From positions 467,796 through 531,795 of the forward strand of contig CAVTLK010000001.1 of assembly GCA_963735595.1 (NCBI GenBank): a DNA stretch of 64,000 bases, given 5' to 3'. The position numbers were made by a program, and so were the translations under genes. Below, in pieces: positions 33,513-43,208 of the stretch. The notes under the pieces are model-generated. The model was not told where the DNA came from and did no database searches. It was given only the letters and a program-made list of their open reading frames with translations. How positions within the stretch are numbered: the first letter of the stretch is position 1; every line of letters starts with the position of its first letter. This DNA comes from an uncultured delta proteobacterium. Its GTDB lineage: Bacteria > Desulfobacterota > Zymogenia > Zymogenales > Zymogenaceae.

Positions 33513-34241
33513 GTGAATGAAGAGGTAATTCTCATGATACGTCTTCAGGAGTTGGATACCGAGATCGTTTTCCTCAGGCGGGAGAAGACCGAGATACCCG
33601 TGCGTATCGCCGACCTTAACGACGAGATCTCGACCCTTACTGACCTCCTGACTCATGAACAGGAGCGCGCCGTTGGTCTCGAAAAGGAAAAACGAAGTAA
33701 GGAATCGGGATTAAAGGACGAGGAGGAGCGTCTGGCCAATTCCGAGAAGAAGCTCAACGAGGTCAAGACCAATAAGGAATACCAGGCCGCCCAGAAAGAG
33801 ATGGAAGATCATAGAATCCAAAATTCCCTGCTCGAAGAACAGATACTCCTGGCCATGGATCAGCTTGACGCCCTCAAGACCGAGATCGCCAAAAAGTCAG
33901 GGGAGCTTGCTGACGGCACCCGTGTGATCCATGAGGAAATCGAAAAGCTCACCGCCAGGGCGGCCGCCGTCGAGGATCAGGTCACCCAAAAAGTAACGGC
34001 GACGGGCCAAGATCGTAAAGGAACTGAACTCTTCCTTCCTTTCCACGTACGAGCGGCTTATGAAGACGTTTCGTAATGAACCGGTACTCGTGAAGGTTAA
34101 AAAAGGCGTCTGCAATGGATGCTATATGAACCTTCCGCCCCAGTTCTTCAATGAGCTGCTGAGCGATCGGGACATCAAGACCTGCCCGAATTGCGCACGG
34201 CTTATCTACCTGGACGAGGAGATTCGAAAAAGACTCGGTGA
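33513..34241 (+). CDS. Coiled-coil + C4 zinc-ribbon protein (DUF164-like; indels, end approximate)
   Basis: LQELD, VKTNKEYQA, CNGC...CPNCARLIY; conserved position after nif3. Confidence 0.85.
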
Positions 34242-34254
34242 ACGGGGCCCGGCC

Positions 34255-34828
34255 ATGAGCCGTGAACGGCTAATGGAGACGGCGGCCCGATTCCTTCGCC
34301 GTCTTACCGAAGATCCGATACTGGCCGCCATTTCCGAGAAAGTAACCGATATGGACAGGCGGGAAATCAGCGGTCTTCTCACTTTCGCCGCAGATACGCT
34401 CTGACCCTCCGCCTGTGCCGCCCTCGATGAGGCAACCGTCCATGTGGACGGGGCTTCCATCGGCAATCCCGGCCCGGCCGGCGCGGGCGCTAGTCATTAT
34501 GGATCATCGGAATAAAAAGATCGCCGAAGTCTGCCAGCCCCTCGGCGTGACGACCAATAACGTCGCCGAATACCGCGCGCTTATCGTCGGCCTGCGCAAG
34601 GCGCGTGAACTCGGTGTCAGGCATGTTCACGTCAGGGCGGATTCGGAGCTGATGGTCAAGCAGATATCCGGTCATTATCGAATCAGGGACGAGAAACTGC
34701 AGGCGCTCTCACGCGAGGCTAAGGAGATCATTGATTCTTTTGACTCTTTTGATATACTGCATATTGACAGGAGCAAGAATCGGGACGCGGATCGGCTCTC
34801 CAAGCGAGCCGCCGACGCCTCGGTGTAA
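34255..34828 (+). CDS. rnhA: Ribonuclease HI family with N-terminal extension (indel plus in-frame TGA)
   Basis: VHVDGASIGNPGPAGAG (read manually), TNNVAEY, DSELMVKQ, NRDADRL. Confidence 0.88.
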
Positions 34829-34979
34829 CGGCCTCGATACGTTTTATATCGTAAACGGTATGACTTCGTCTTACGCGGAGTCGCTGGGACTAAATTGCGT
34901 CTGTTAGCGGCCCGTTGGCCGGAATGATGAACGCAGGTTTTCTACTTCGGCCAAAATCGAAACTACACAAGGAGGAAGG

Positions 34980-35348
34980 ATGTCAGCTCAACAGGGAAGC
35001 GCGGGAGGCAGGGGTTCCGGCGGACGGCCGTCATCGGGATCGCAGGGTGGTTCTGCGGGAGGCCGCACGCCTTCGGCGACCGGGCCCTCTACCGGCGGCA
35101 CGTCGACCGGCGGTACTCCCGCCCGACAGGGGGCCGGCGGCGGGGAGATGAGATCCGGACTATCCCCGACCTATACGGAGAATATGAACGGACAGGGCTC
35201 AACGCAGGGCGACGCGCCGTTCGGCACCGGTGATTCGGGAACGGCCGGCGGGCCCATTGCGTCCAAAAGGGGATGCGGCTGCTGCGGAGGGGCGATGCTG
35301 GTGATGGCCGGCGCTGTCCTTGGTCTCTCGGCTTTACTTATCCTGTAG
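34980..35348 (+). CDS. Gly/Ser-rich small protein with Cys cluster and C-terminal hydrophobic tail
   Basis: Strong AAGGAGG RBS; intact 122-aa ORF ending KRGCGCCGGAMLVMAGAVLGLSALLIL. Confidence 0.7.
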   Translation: MSAQQGSAGGRGSGGRPSSGSQGGSAGGRTPSATGPSTGGTSTGGTPARQGAGGGEMRSGLSPTYTENMNGQGSTQGDAPFGTGDSGTAGGPIASKRGCGCCGGAMLVMAGAVLGLSALLIL

Positions 35349-35461
35349 ACTGGCCCTATTAGCCGGCCACCCTCGCCCAGGGTTGCGATAGTATCGGTCC
35401 GAGGGCTATCCGGCGCCGCGGAATTGACCGAAAATAAAATACTATTTTTTTTCCGTTTTCT

Positions 35462-35470
35462 TGATATACT
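35462..35470 (+). promoter_or_regulatory. Extended -10 promoter, candidate rnpB promoter
   Basis: TG-A-TATACT in an AT-rich patch about 200 bp upstream of rnpB. Confidence 0.45.
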
Positions 35471-35673
35471 GAAAAAAGCGATCGGTAATGAGAGCGTTTG
35501 GAAGCATACCGGTAACCGGTATCAGTGGCCGACAACGCATCGACACATACCCGTTCCTCGCGGCCATGATCGTTTCCGAATTCGTACAACACGCTCCGGA
35601 CGACACGATCTTACACTCCGTATTCAGGGACAGTTTCTATACACATATCGTCCGCATAGACTAACGACAGGAT

Positions 35674-36058
35674 CGAAGCAGACAGGGCGGTCGCCGTCGG
35701 GTTTTATACCCGCCGGAGGAAAGTCCGAGCTCCACAGGGCAAGGTGCTGGGTAACACCCAGTGGGGGTGACCCCAAGGAAAGTGCCACAGAAAACATACC
35801 GCCTGATCGCCGCAAAGCGGCCCTCGGGTAAGGGTGAAAAGGCGAGGTAAGAGCTCACCGCGGTTCGGGTGACCGGGCCGGCAGGGTAAACCCCACCTGG
35901 AGCAAGACCAAATAGGGAGGCGATATCCCCACGGGGATGAGAGAGCTGCCCGTTCAAGCCTCCGGGTAGGTCGCATGAGTCCGCGGGTAACCACGGACCG
36001 AGATGAATGATCGTCGCCCCACTCGTGGGGAACAGAACTCGGCTTATTGTCTGCTTCG
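35674..36058 (+). ncRNA. rnpB: RNase P RNA (type A)
   Basis: GGAGGAAAGTCC, GAAAGTGCCACAGAAA, GGTAAACCCC, AACAGAACTCGGCTTA; P1 helix CGAAGCAGACA/TGTCTGCTTCG. Confidence 0.97.
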
Positions 36059-36085
36059 GTAATTTATCTTATTAAGGAGGGTAAC

Positions 36086-39000
36086 ATGGCTCGGAGGAGG
36101 GCCCGCCGTTTCTTACTGTACCTGATCATCATCGCGCTCGTCTTCTTTTTTATCAAGGTATCGCTGCTTCCCAGAATACCAACCATCGGCAAGACAACGA
36201 CGAGCAAGGTATACGTCGCCCTCGGATTCCATACGAATCTCTATCACTCCTATCGGGGAGACACGCCCGACGAGGCTGGGTTCGGGAAAGATATCGTAAC
36301 GATCAGGAAGATCATCGCAACGATGGATGAGCACAATAAGAACGGGAGTAAGGTCAGGGCCGTCTGGGATTTCGATAACCTTTTTACCCTTGAAGAGATA
36401 CTCCCGCATTACGCCCCCGATATCATTGAGGACGTCAAGGATCGCGTAGAAAAACAGAAGGACGAGGTAATCCTGATGTCCTATAACAACGGACTGGCGT
36501 CGGCCATGACCGAGCAGGAGCTTACTGAATCCATCATCAGGGCGATTACCAATTCGAATGGGTCGGGAGTCGCCGATATCTTCGGCACGTTCACCCCGAT
36601 CGTCCGTCCTCAAGAGGGGATGACATCCACCGGCTCGTTCGGCGTCTATAAGAACCTCGGTATCGAAGCGGTATCCCTCTACTATAGCGCCATTCCATTC
36701 GACAACCTGCGGGTATTTCTGTCTCCCCTTTCCGTTGAAGAGGCCCTTAACCCGGTGACGTATAAGAACAAAAAGACCGGCGACGAAATGACAATAATCC
36801 CAACGTATAACGTCGGCGATTTGATTGAAAACGTCTCCCTGACTAAATGGGCGCGGGATATTCACCGTATGCAACTGGAAGGAACCGTCAAGGGAGACGT
36901 CCTGCTGTTTATCAACTTCGACGCCGATGATTCGTATTGGAACGGATATACCCTTCCGGTCTACCTGAAGTGGCTTCCCAACACCGGGGGCCTTTCACGG
37001 CTGATCGATGAGGCCGACGCCGCCGACTATATCGAGTTTACCACCCTCGGCGAGTATTTGAATACCCACAAGCCGAAGAAGGAGGTCTTCTTCGGACAAG
37101 ATACCGCCGACGGAACCTATAACGGATATAACCCCTGGGCGGAAAAGACCTCAAGCCATGATTACTGGACAAGCCTGATGGAAGACCGCCGTAACCACAA
37201 GGCCGTGAGGCTGTCATATCGGGCCGTTGATCTGAAAGAGTACATTGTGAAGGCTGTCTCCCTGTCGGAGGGGGAACCGCCTGCGGAACCGGAGCTTCCC
37301 CCCGGAGAAAAAGACCTGTTAGCCCGTGCGTTCGATCTGAGGATGCGGCTCTTGTCGACTACCCACTTCGGCATGGCTACCCCCCTGCTTTGCGCCGAGC
37401 GCGAATTTGCCGCCGAACGGATAATTACCGAGATGCTGGACAATTCCCGCGCCGCCCGCGAGTCGGCACGTACCGCGCTCGCCCGGAAACTCTATGAAAT
37501 CAGGCCCCCGCGCCGCTCCCCTTGGGGGGATGAAATTCATCGATGCGTTCCTGACCCTCTCGGAAAATAAGGACGGGACTTCCCCCGATTTTGTCTTCAT
37601 CACGTTTGATCTTACCGGGCTTTCGATACCGGACGAGGGTTTTTACATCCTCGGGCCGAAAGGGCGGGTCACGATACCGTACGTCATTTCCTCTCATCTC
37701 TCCCCTGACGGCACCGTTGGACCGGTAACGCTCTTCTTCTCGCCGTCCGCCGGTTCCGGCCCCTATTTTCTTTTCCATGGTCCGAAAGGGATCTATCCGG
37801 TCGTCGGTTTCAAGACAACGGCAGCCGCCGGCGTCCTTACCAACGGCGCCGTCAAGATCGAAGTTTCAAAAGAAGGGATCATCAAAGACGTTGTCTATAA
37901 CAAACGCCGCCTTTTAAACGAAAAGAGCCTCCTGCCCAAAATCACCTACCGGGTGAAGGATCGCGAGAAGACCATCGACCTTTCGCCACGGGCACTGAAG
38001 GTCGCAGTTGAAGAGGACGGCACCGAGGGAGTCGCCAGGATTCGAATCTTCGGAGACTTTGAGGTACCCGAGATCAAGGGTTCCCAACCCGGCTTTGTCG
38101 ACTACCGGCTGACCCTCCTCGACGGGGTACCCTATCTCTTTTTCGACGGCGAGATCACGTACCCGAACACGCCCAGAAACGGGATGATGGGCCTCGGCAA
38201 GCCGATCTCGTTGTTGAGAAAAATTGACCGTGGGTGGTATGAGACGGCCCCCGCCGAGCTTATCTTTACCAATACCGCCGGAAAAAATACGCCCTTTGAG
38301 ATCACCAAGCGTGACTACCTCGGCGTCGAGTCCTCTTACGTACTGGACTATTTCAAACACTCCGACGCAAATCTTAACCTTGCGGACGTCAATAACCATA
38401 TCACCGCGGAATATGCCGCCGTTTCGGGAGGTGGCGGCGGGATAGCGGTCGCATTGGACAACACGATGCTCTCCAATTTCGCGTTCCTTCCGGCGAAGCT
38501 CACCTATGACAACGAGAAAGGAAATTTTTCGATCAGGCTCAATCCGTTCGGCGCCTATTCCGGCCCTCATTACTATCATCCCACGTGGGGTACGGGGCTC
38601 GGCTATGAGGCCGCCTTCCTGAGCGGTGAGTCGTACGAAAGCTCGGCCCCCTCCTACAACGGCAAGAAGGAACACTTCGCCTTCATGGTATCCTTCTTTG
38701 AAGGCGCGACACTTCCCGATGACACCAGGCACGACCTCATCGCCTACGCCGATCCGCCCATAGTGGTCAGCGGTGGAAGGATGCGGGTGGTTGAATCGCA
38801 GCGAACGCCTGCCGATCCCACCGCCCCCGAGGGGATTATCGCCGCCTACGAAGACGGTAAGACCTATATTATCTGGAACCAACCCCCCGGCAACCCGCAG
38901 AGCTACAAGGTTTACCTCGGCACCGAGAGCGGAAAATACGCGAGCGTCTATGAAACAAAAGATACGAAGCTAATCCTGACAGATCTGGCGCCGGACAAGA

Positions 39001-39170
39001 CCTACTACGTCTCGGTCGCGGCCCTTTTTATCACCGGAAAGGAAATGGGCCCTAAGGAAGAAATTTCGTTTATTGGAGGAAAGACGACCTTCGAGAAGAA
39101 GGGCCTCGACCTGCCGATATCATTGCAGCTGAAGATACTCTGGCATGGATTGCTTGCCCTGATCAATTGA
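36086..39170 (+). CDS. ~1000-aa membrane-anchored protein: GH57-like N-domain, beta-rich middle, FN3 domain (one indel near 37520)
   Basis: TAAGGAGG RBS, basic plus hydrophobic N-terminus, FHTNLYH / RPQE / FDADD / FTTLGEYL motifs, FN3 pattern W..P...YKVY...L.P...Y.V.V.A. ORFs 36047-37570 and 37494-39170 overlap. Confidence 0.7.
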
Positions 39171-39205
39171 CGACTTCCCGTCTCTCCGGGAAAGCTACAT
39201 ACATA

Positions 39206-39233
39206 AAGGGGGCGCGGTTTGCCGCGTCCCCTT
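39206..39233. terminator. Hairpin between convergent genes
   Basis: AAGGGGGCGCGG-TTTG-CCGCGTCCCCTT. Confidence 0.6.
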
Positions 39234-39235
39234 CT

Positions 39236-40149
39236 CTATTTCACTGAACCGGCCCATTCGCGTGGACCCGCGAAGGTCCTACCGAAACAGGAGCCGATCG
39301 GCGTTTCTCCCCTTGATCTTTTCCTTGAACTCGGCGGAAATATCACACCCGTCCAGCGCATCGAGCGTCTCCTTGAATCCCCTGAGCGGGTTATCCGAGG
39401 CAAAGAGCACCTTATGTTCCGCGTTGTACTTCGTATACGCGTCCCAGGGGAAATAATTATAGAGATCGGGGTAGGCCGAAATATCAATATAGACGTTGGA
39501 ATGCCGACGCCGCCAGGGACCATGCCTCCAGCGGCCAGGGAAATCCGCCGTGGCCCATGACGATAACAAGCTCCGGGTATCTGAGGGCTACCGGCTCAAG
39601 GAGCATCGGGTGGCCGAGCAGCGCGTTGGACCCGGGCGTAGACATTTGATGCGCAGTGTGCGTCCAGACGATCGCGCCCAGCTCTATCGCCTTCTCCCAG
39701 AGCGGGTTATGTTTCGGGTCAGAGATAAGGAAATGCTGCATCGGGGGCACGAGCTTCATGCCACGGCAGCCCAGGTCGCCGACCGCCCGGGCGAAGTCGT
39801 CGACTGCGCCTTTCTGCCGAGGGACGGATCGATGCCGGCAAAGGGGATGAAGCGATCGGGATACCGGGAGGCGAGTCTTCCGACGTCCTGGTTGGTAACC
39901 GCAACCACCCCCGAAGCCGTGGTGTAGTCCGCGCCGACGATGACCGCCTTGTCCACTCCCGCTTCGTCCATCTCCCTGATGATATCGTCAGACGCTCCTG
40001 TTCGTGAACAGGTACTGCAGCGCGCCGGTGATGTTCTTGAAACGATCCGTATCGCGCATCGAGCCGTAAAGGCGCTGCGCCGCTTCTTCGATCCCCGGCA
40101 GCACCGTCACTTCCTTGCAGAACGGATGGATGTGCATATCGATGATCAT
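39236..40149 (-). CDS. Amidohydrolase_2-family metallo-hydrolase (indels)
   Basis: MIIDMHIH, MDEAGVDKAV, RFIPFAGIDP, IVMGHGGFPW, KVLFASD. Confidence 0.88.
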
Positions 40150-40168
40150 GGGATGTCTCCCCCATTTT

Positions 40169-40192
40169 GCTGTTTGATACGCTGTTTGATAC
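40169..40192. repeat. Perfect 12-bp tandem repeat
   Basis: GCTGTTTGATAC x2. Confidence 0.9.
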
Positions 40193-40214
40193 GCCGTATA
40201 CCGCACGCACGGGG

Positions 40215-41004
40215 CTACCCTGCCCTTCCCGCGGCCGTTGTGAGATAGCGGCCGATAATTACGTCCCGGGCTTCCCGCTCGCCCCGCGGCTCGATCGGAT
40301 CGAGTATCGGCGGCTTGCCGTATTTGACCTCAAGTGCCTTTGCGATCAGGAAGTCGGCCAGCGAGGGATTTTTTGACAGGATCGGTCCGTGCAGGTAGGT
40401 TCCGATCGTGTTCTTGTAGATAACCCCCTCCGTCTTGTCGGTCCCGTTATTGCCGTAGCCGTACACGACATCCGCGAACGGCACCATCCCCTTGCCCAGC
40501 TCCGTTCTCCCGCCGTGGTTTTCAAACCCGACAATAAGCGCATCGCCGATCCCTTCCATGCGCGGACGGACGATAACATCGCCGATCAATCGTTTTGCCG
40601 TCCGTCCCGGGCTCCTGGTAACCAGATCATAGATTCCCAATCCCTCGATCATCGTCCCGTCGGCCGCAATATAGTACGGAGCCGAGAAACTGGTACGCGC
40701 CGCAGACGAAAAGGCCGGGAATCCCCCGCTCTATCACCCGCCGGAGGTTGATTTCCTTTCCCCCGATGAGGTCCTTCTTGACTATCTCCTGCTGCCGATC
40801 CTGCGCACCGCCCATAAAGAGGAGGTCGGCCGAATCGATCCCGGCGCCGTCCGTCCCGAGCGATACCCCGGCGACATCAACGTCGATTCCCCGCCATCGG
40901 CACCGTTTCGTCAGGATCATGACGTTGCCCCGGTCGCCGTACGTGCTCATCAGGTCCGGGTAGAGCCAGCCGATTGATAGTCGATATTCGCGTTTTTTCG
41001 TCAT
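40215..41004 (-). CDS. gatD: Lipid II isoglutaminyl synthase glutaminase subunit GatD (indel)
   Basis: LYPDLMSTYGDRGN, GGAQD, CGAYQFLG, GFENHGG, TYLHGPILSKNP; overlaps the murT stop. Confidence 0.9.
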
Positions 41005-42371
41005 GTAGTCTTAAGTTTGAATTCGTCCCCGGTAAGTATGTTCCTGGCCTCCAGCATCGCGGAATAGGTCGGCAGGATAAACAGGAAATTACCCGGCGCC
41101 GTCTCCTGTACTGCGCGTTCTATCGCCGTGCCAAGGTCGGGGATGACGGTGACGCCCCCGGAACACTCACTCCCCTGGGTTGTGGCGCGATCTTCACCGG
41201 CGTACTTCAGGCGGATGGCCATGTCGTAGGCGCGGTCTCCGGAAACAATGATTCGATCGGCAGGCCCCATGAGAAGCTCGAAATCGACGTCCCATATCCA
41301 CGAGACGTCTCTGCCGTCCGGGATACGGTCGTTCAAGAGGACGAGCACCCTCCGTTTCGTGCGGGTCGAACTCCTCCAGAACCTCGACGGATTGATTGAA
41401 ACCGGTCGGGTTCTTGGAGAGCTGAATGACGATCTTCCGCCCCCGGTAATCGATGATCTCCTGCCTGCCGAAGGCGGCCCCGAAATCGGCGATGTCACGT
41501 CTTATCTGTTCCAGCCGAGATACCGAAGACGGTATGGAGCATGAGCGCCACGGCGTTTGTGTTATATCGGTTAAACAGGCCCAGGAGCGGGCTCTTTACC
41601 GTCTCGGAGTAGTCCACGATGCCCGAGGGTCGAAAACCGCAACCGGCGCACAGGAAATCACCGATATGGGAATAGGCGATCGGCGTCTATACGTGAGTCG
41701 CTCGGCGCACTCGGGACAGTACAGGGAGTCCGCCTCGTGACCGGACGGCGCGTTTTTTCATGGCCTTTTTCTTAAGACCGAAAAACGATACGGAGAGGTT
41801 CGCGAGAGCGATTTCCCGAGATAGAAGATCTGGGGATCGTTGCCGTTCATGATAAGGGCGGTCTTTTTCGTGAGTGAGGCAAATGCCTCCTGCCACTTGA
41901 GGGCTATGGTGTTCACCTCGCCGTAACGATCCAGCTGGTCCCGAAAGAGGTTGAGCACCATGATCGCATCGGGTGGAAATTCGGAAAGCAGCAGCGGCAG
42001 CACGTTTTCGTCCACCTCGAATATCGCCAGCATCGGCGGCAATCTTGCCGAACAGGTTCGCGTTGCTGAATCAGACATGAGGCGACGCCGTTCTTAAGAT
42101 TGGCGCCCGTCTCGTTGCCGATTACCCGATACCCGTTCTTCGAGAGGATATGCCGGGTGATCTTTGCCGACGTGGTCTTGCCGTTGGTGCCGACGATGAC
42201 GACGGTCAGAAGGATGGGGTTCTTCTGGATCATCGTCCTGATGAAGCTTCCGGAAAGCCTCAGGGCGATTTCGCCCGGCCATGTGAATCCGTGTCCGATG
42301 CGTCCGGCACGGATCAGGAAGGCGATGGTCTTGGTGAGGGCGAGGATCGGAACAATCATCGCTTGGTCCAC
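41001..42371 (-). CDS. murT: Lipid II isoglutaminyl synthase ligase subunit MurT (Mur ligase + DUF1727; indels)
   Basis: GTNGKTT, EVDE, LNLFRDQLDRYGE, LNDRIPDGRDVSWIWDVDF, LPTYSAML. Confidence 0.9.
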
Positions 42372-42596
42372 TATTTCCCCAATAGTATCACGTGCTCCCC
42401 TCTTGCCATCAATTTTCGGGACGATCTTGGCCGGGAGAAATAAGATGCGTCGATATTGTATATGGCGCGGGTACTATCGACCGGCCGCCGTACCAACATA
42501 CGGGAGGACCTATTTCATCGGGACATGAAATAACAACAGGGACTACGTCTCGGTGAGATTCAATTGTACATTTAGGAGGTGAAAAGACGGAGATAA

Positions 42597-42620
42597 GCGG
42601 CCCCCGGGTACGGGGGCCGC
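42597..42620. terminator. Strong GC hairpin downstream of hsp20
   Basis: GCGGCCCCCG-GGTA-CGGGGGCCGC; U-tracts are weak on both strands. Confidence 0.6.
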
Positions 42621-42625
42621 CTCTA

Positions 42626-43073
42626 TTAGTGAGCCTCGATCTTGATGGCCTTCTTGTTCTTACCGTTGGCCTTCGGCAATAGTACCTTCAGGATGCCCCC
42701 CTTATAGTCGGCCTTGATTTTTTCCTCGTCCACCTCGCCGGGGAGCTCTACGGTCCGTTTGAAGTAACCGTAGCTCGTTTCCCGGCAGAACGAATTCATC
42801 TCCTCTTCTTCGGATTCGTTACGTTTTTCACCCGAGATGGTCAGATATCCGTTGTCGACGCTCAGATCGATGTCTTTCACGTCCAAACCGGGCAGCTCCG
42901 CCTTCACGATGATGTCCTTCTTGGTTTCGCTCATGTCTATTCTCGGCATCGGGCGGAAGTCGAGCGAATCGCCCACAAAATCGGTAAAGAAATTGTCGTA
43001 AAGGTTTATCTCACGTTTCAGGTCCTCACAGACCTGTGATTCATAATAGACTTGCCACTGGTATTAGTCTCAT
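42626..43073 (-). CDS. Hsp20/alpha-crystallin small heat-shock protein (indel near the N-terminus)
   Basis: PRIDMSET, AELPGL, SYGYFKRTVELP, ADYKGGILKVLLPK; TAAGGAGG RBS. Confidence 0.92.
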
Positions 43074-43208
43074 GGTTTCGTCCCTCCTTATCTTCGGTCC
43101 TTTAAATAATGTAATCACGTTTTCGTCGTTGTCAATATCTTCATTTCTCGGTTGAACTCATATGATGGAATCTGTTAGTATGGTACTGTCAGCAGTATGG
43201 AGGAGACA

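Noticed and set aside
34402-34404. In-frame TGA in rnhA as possible selenocysteine or read-through
   Set aside because: It lies in a non-catalytic linker with no Cys-equivalent role, and compensating indels or a base error explain it in this error-rich region.
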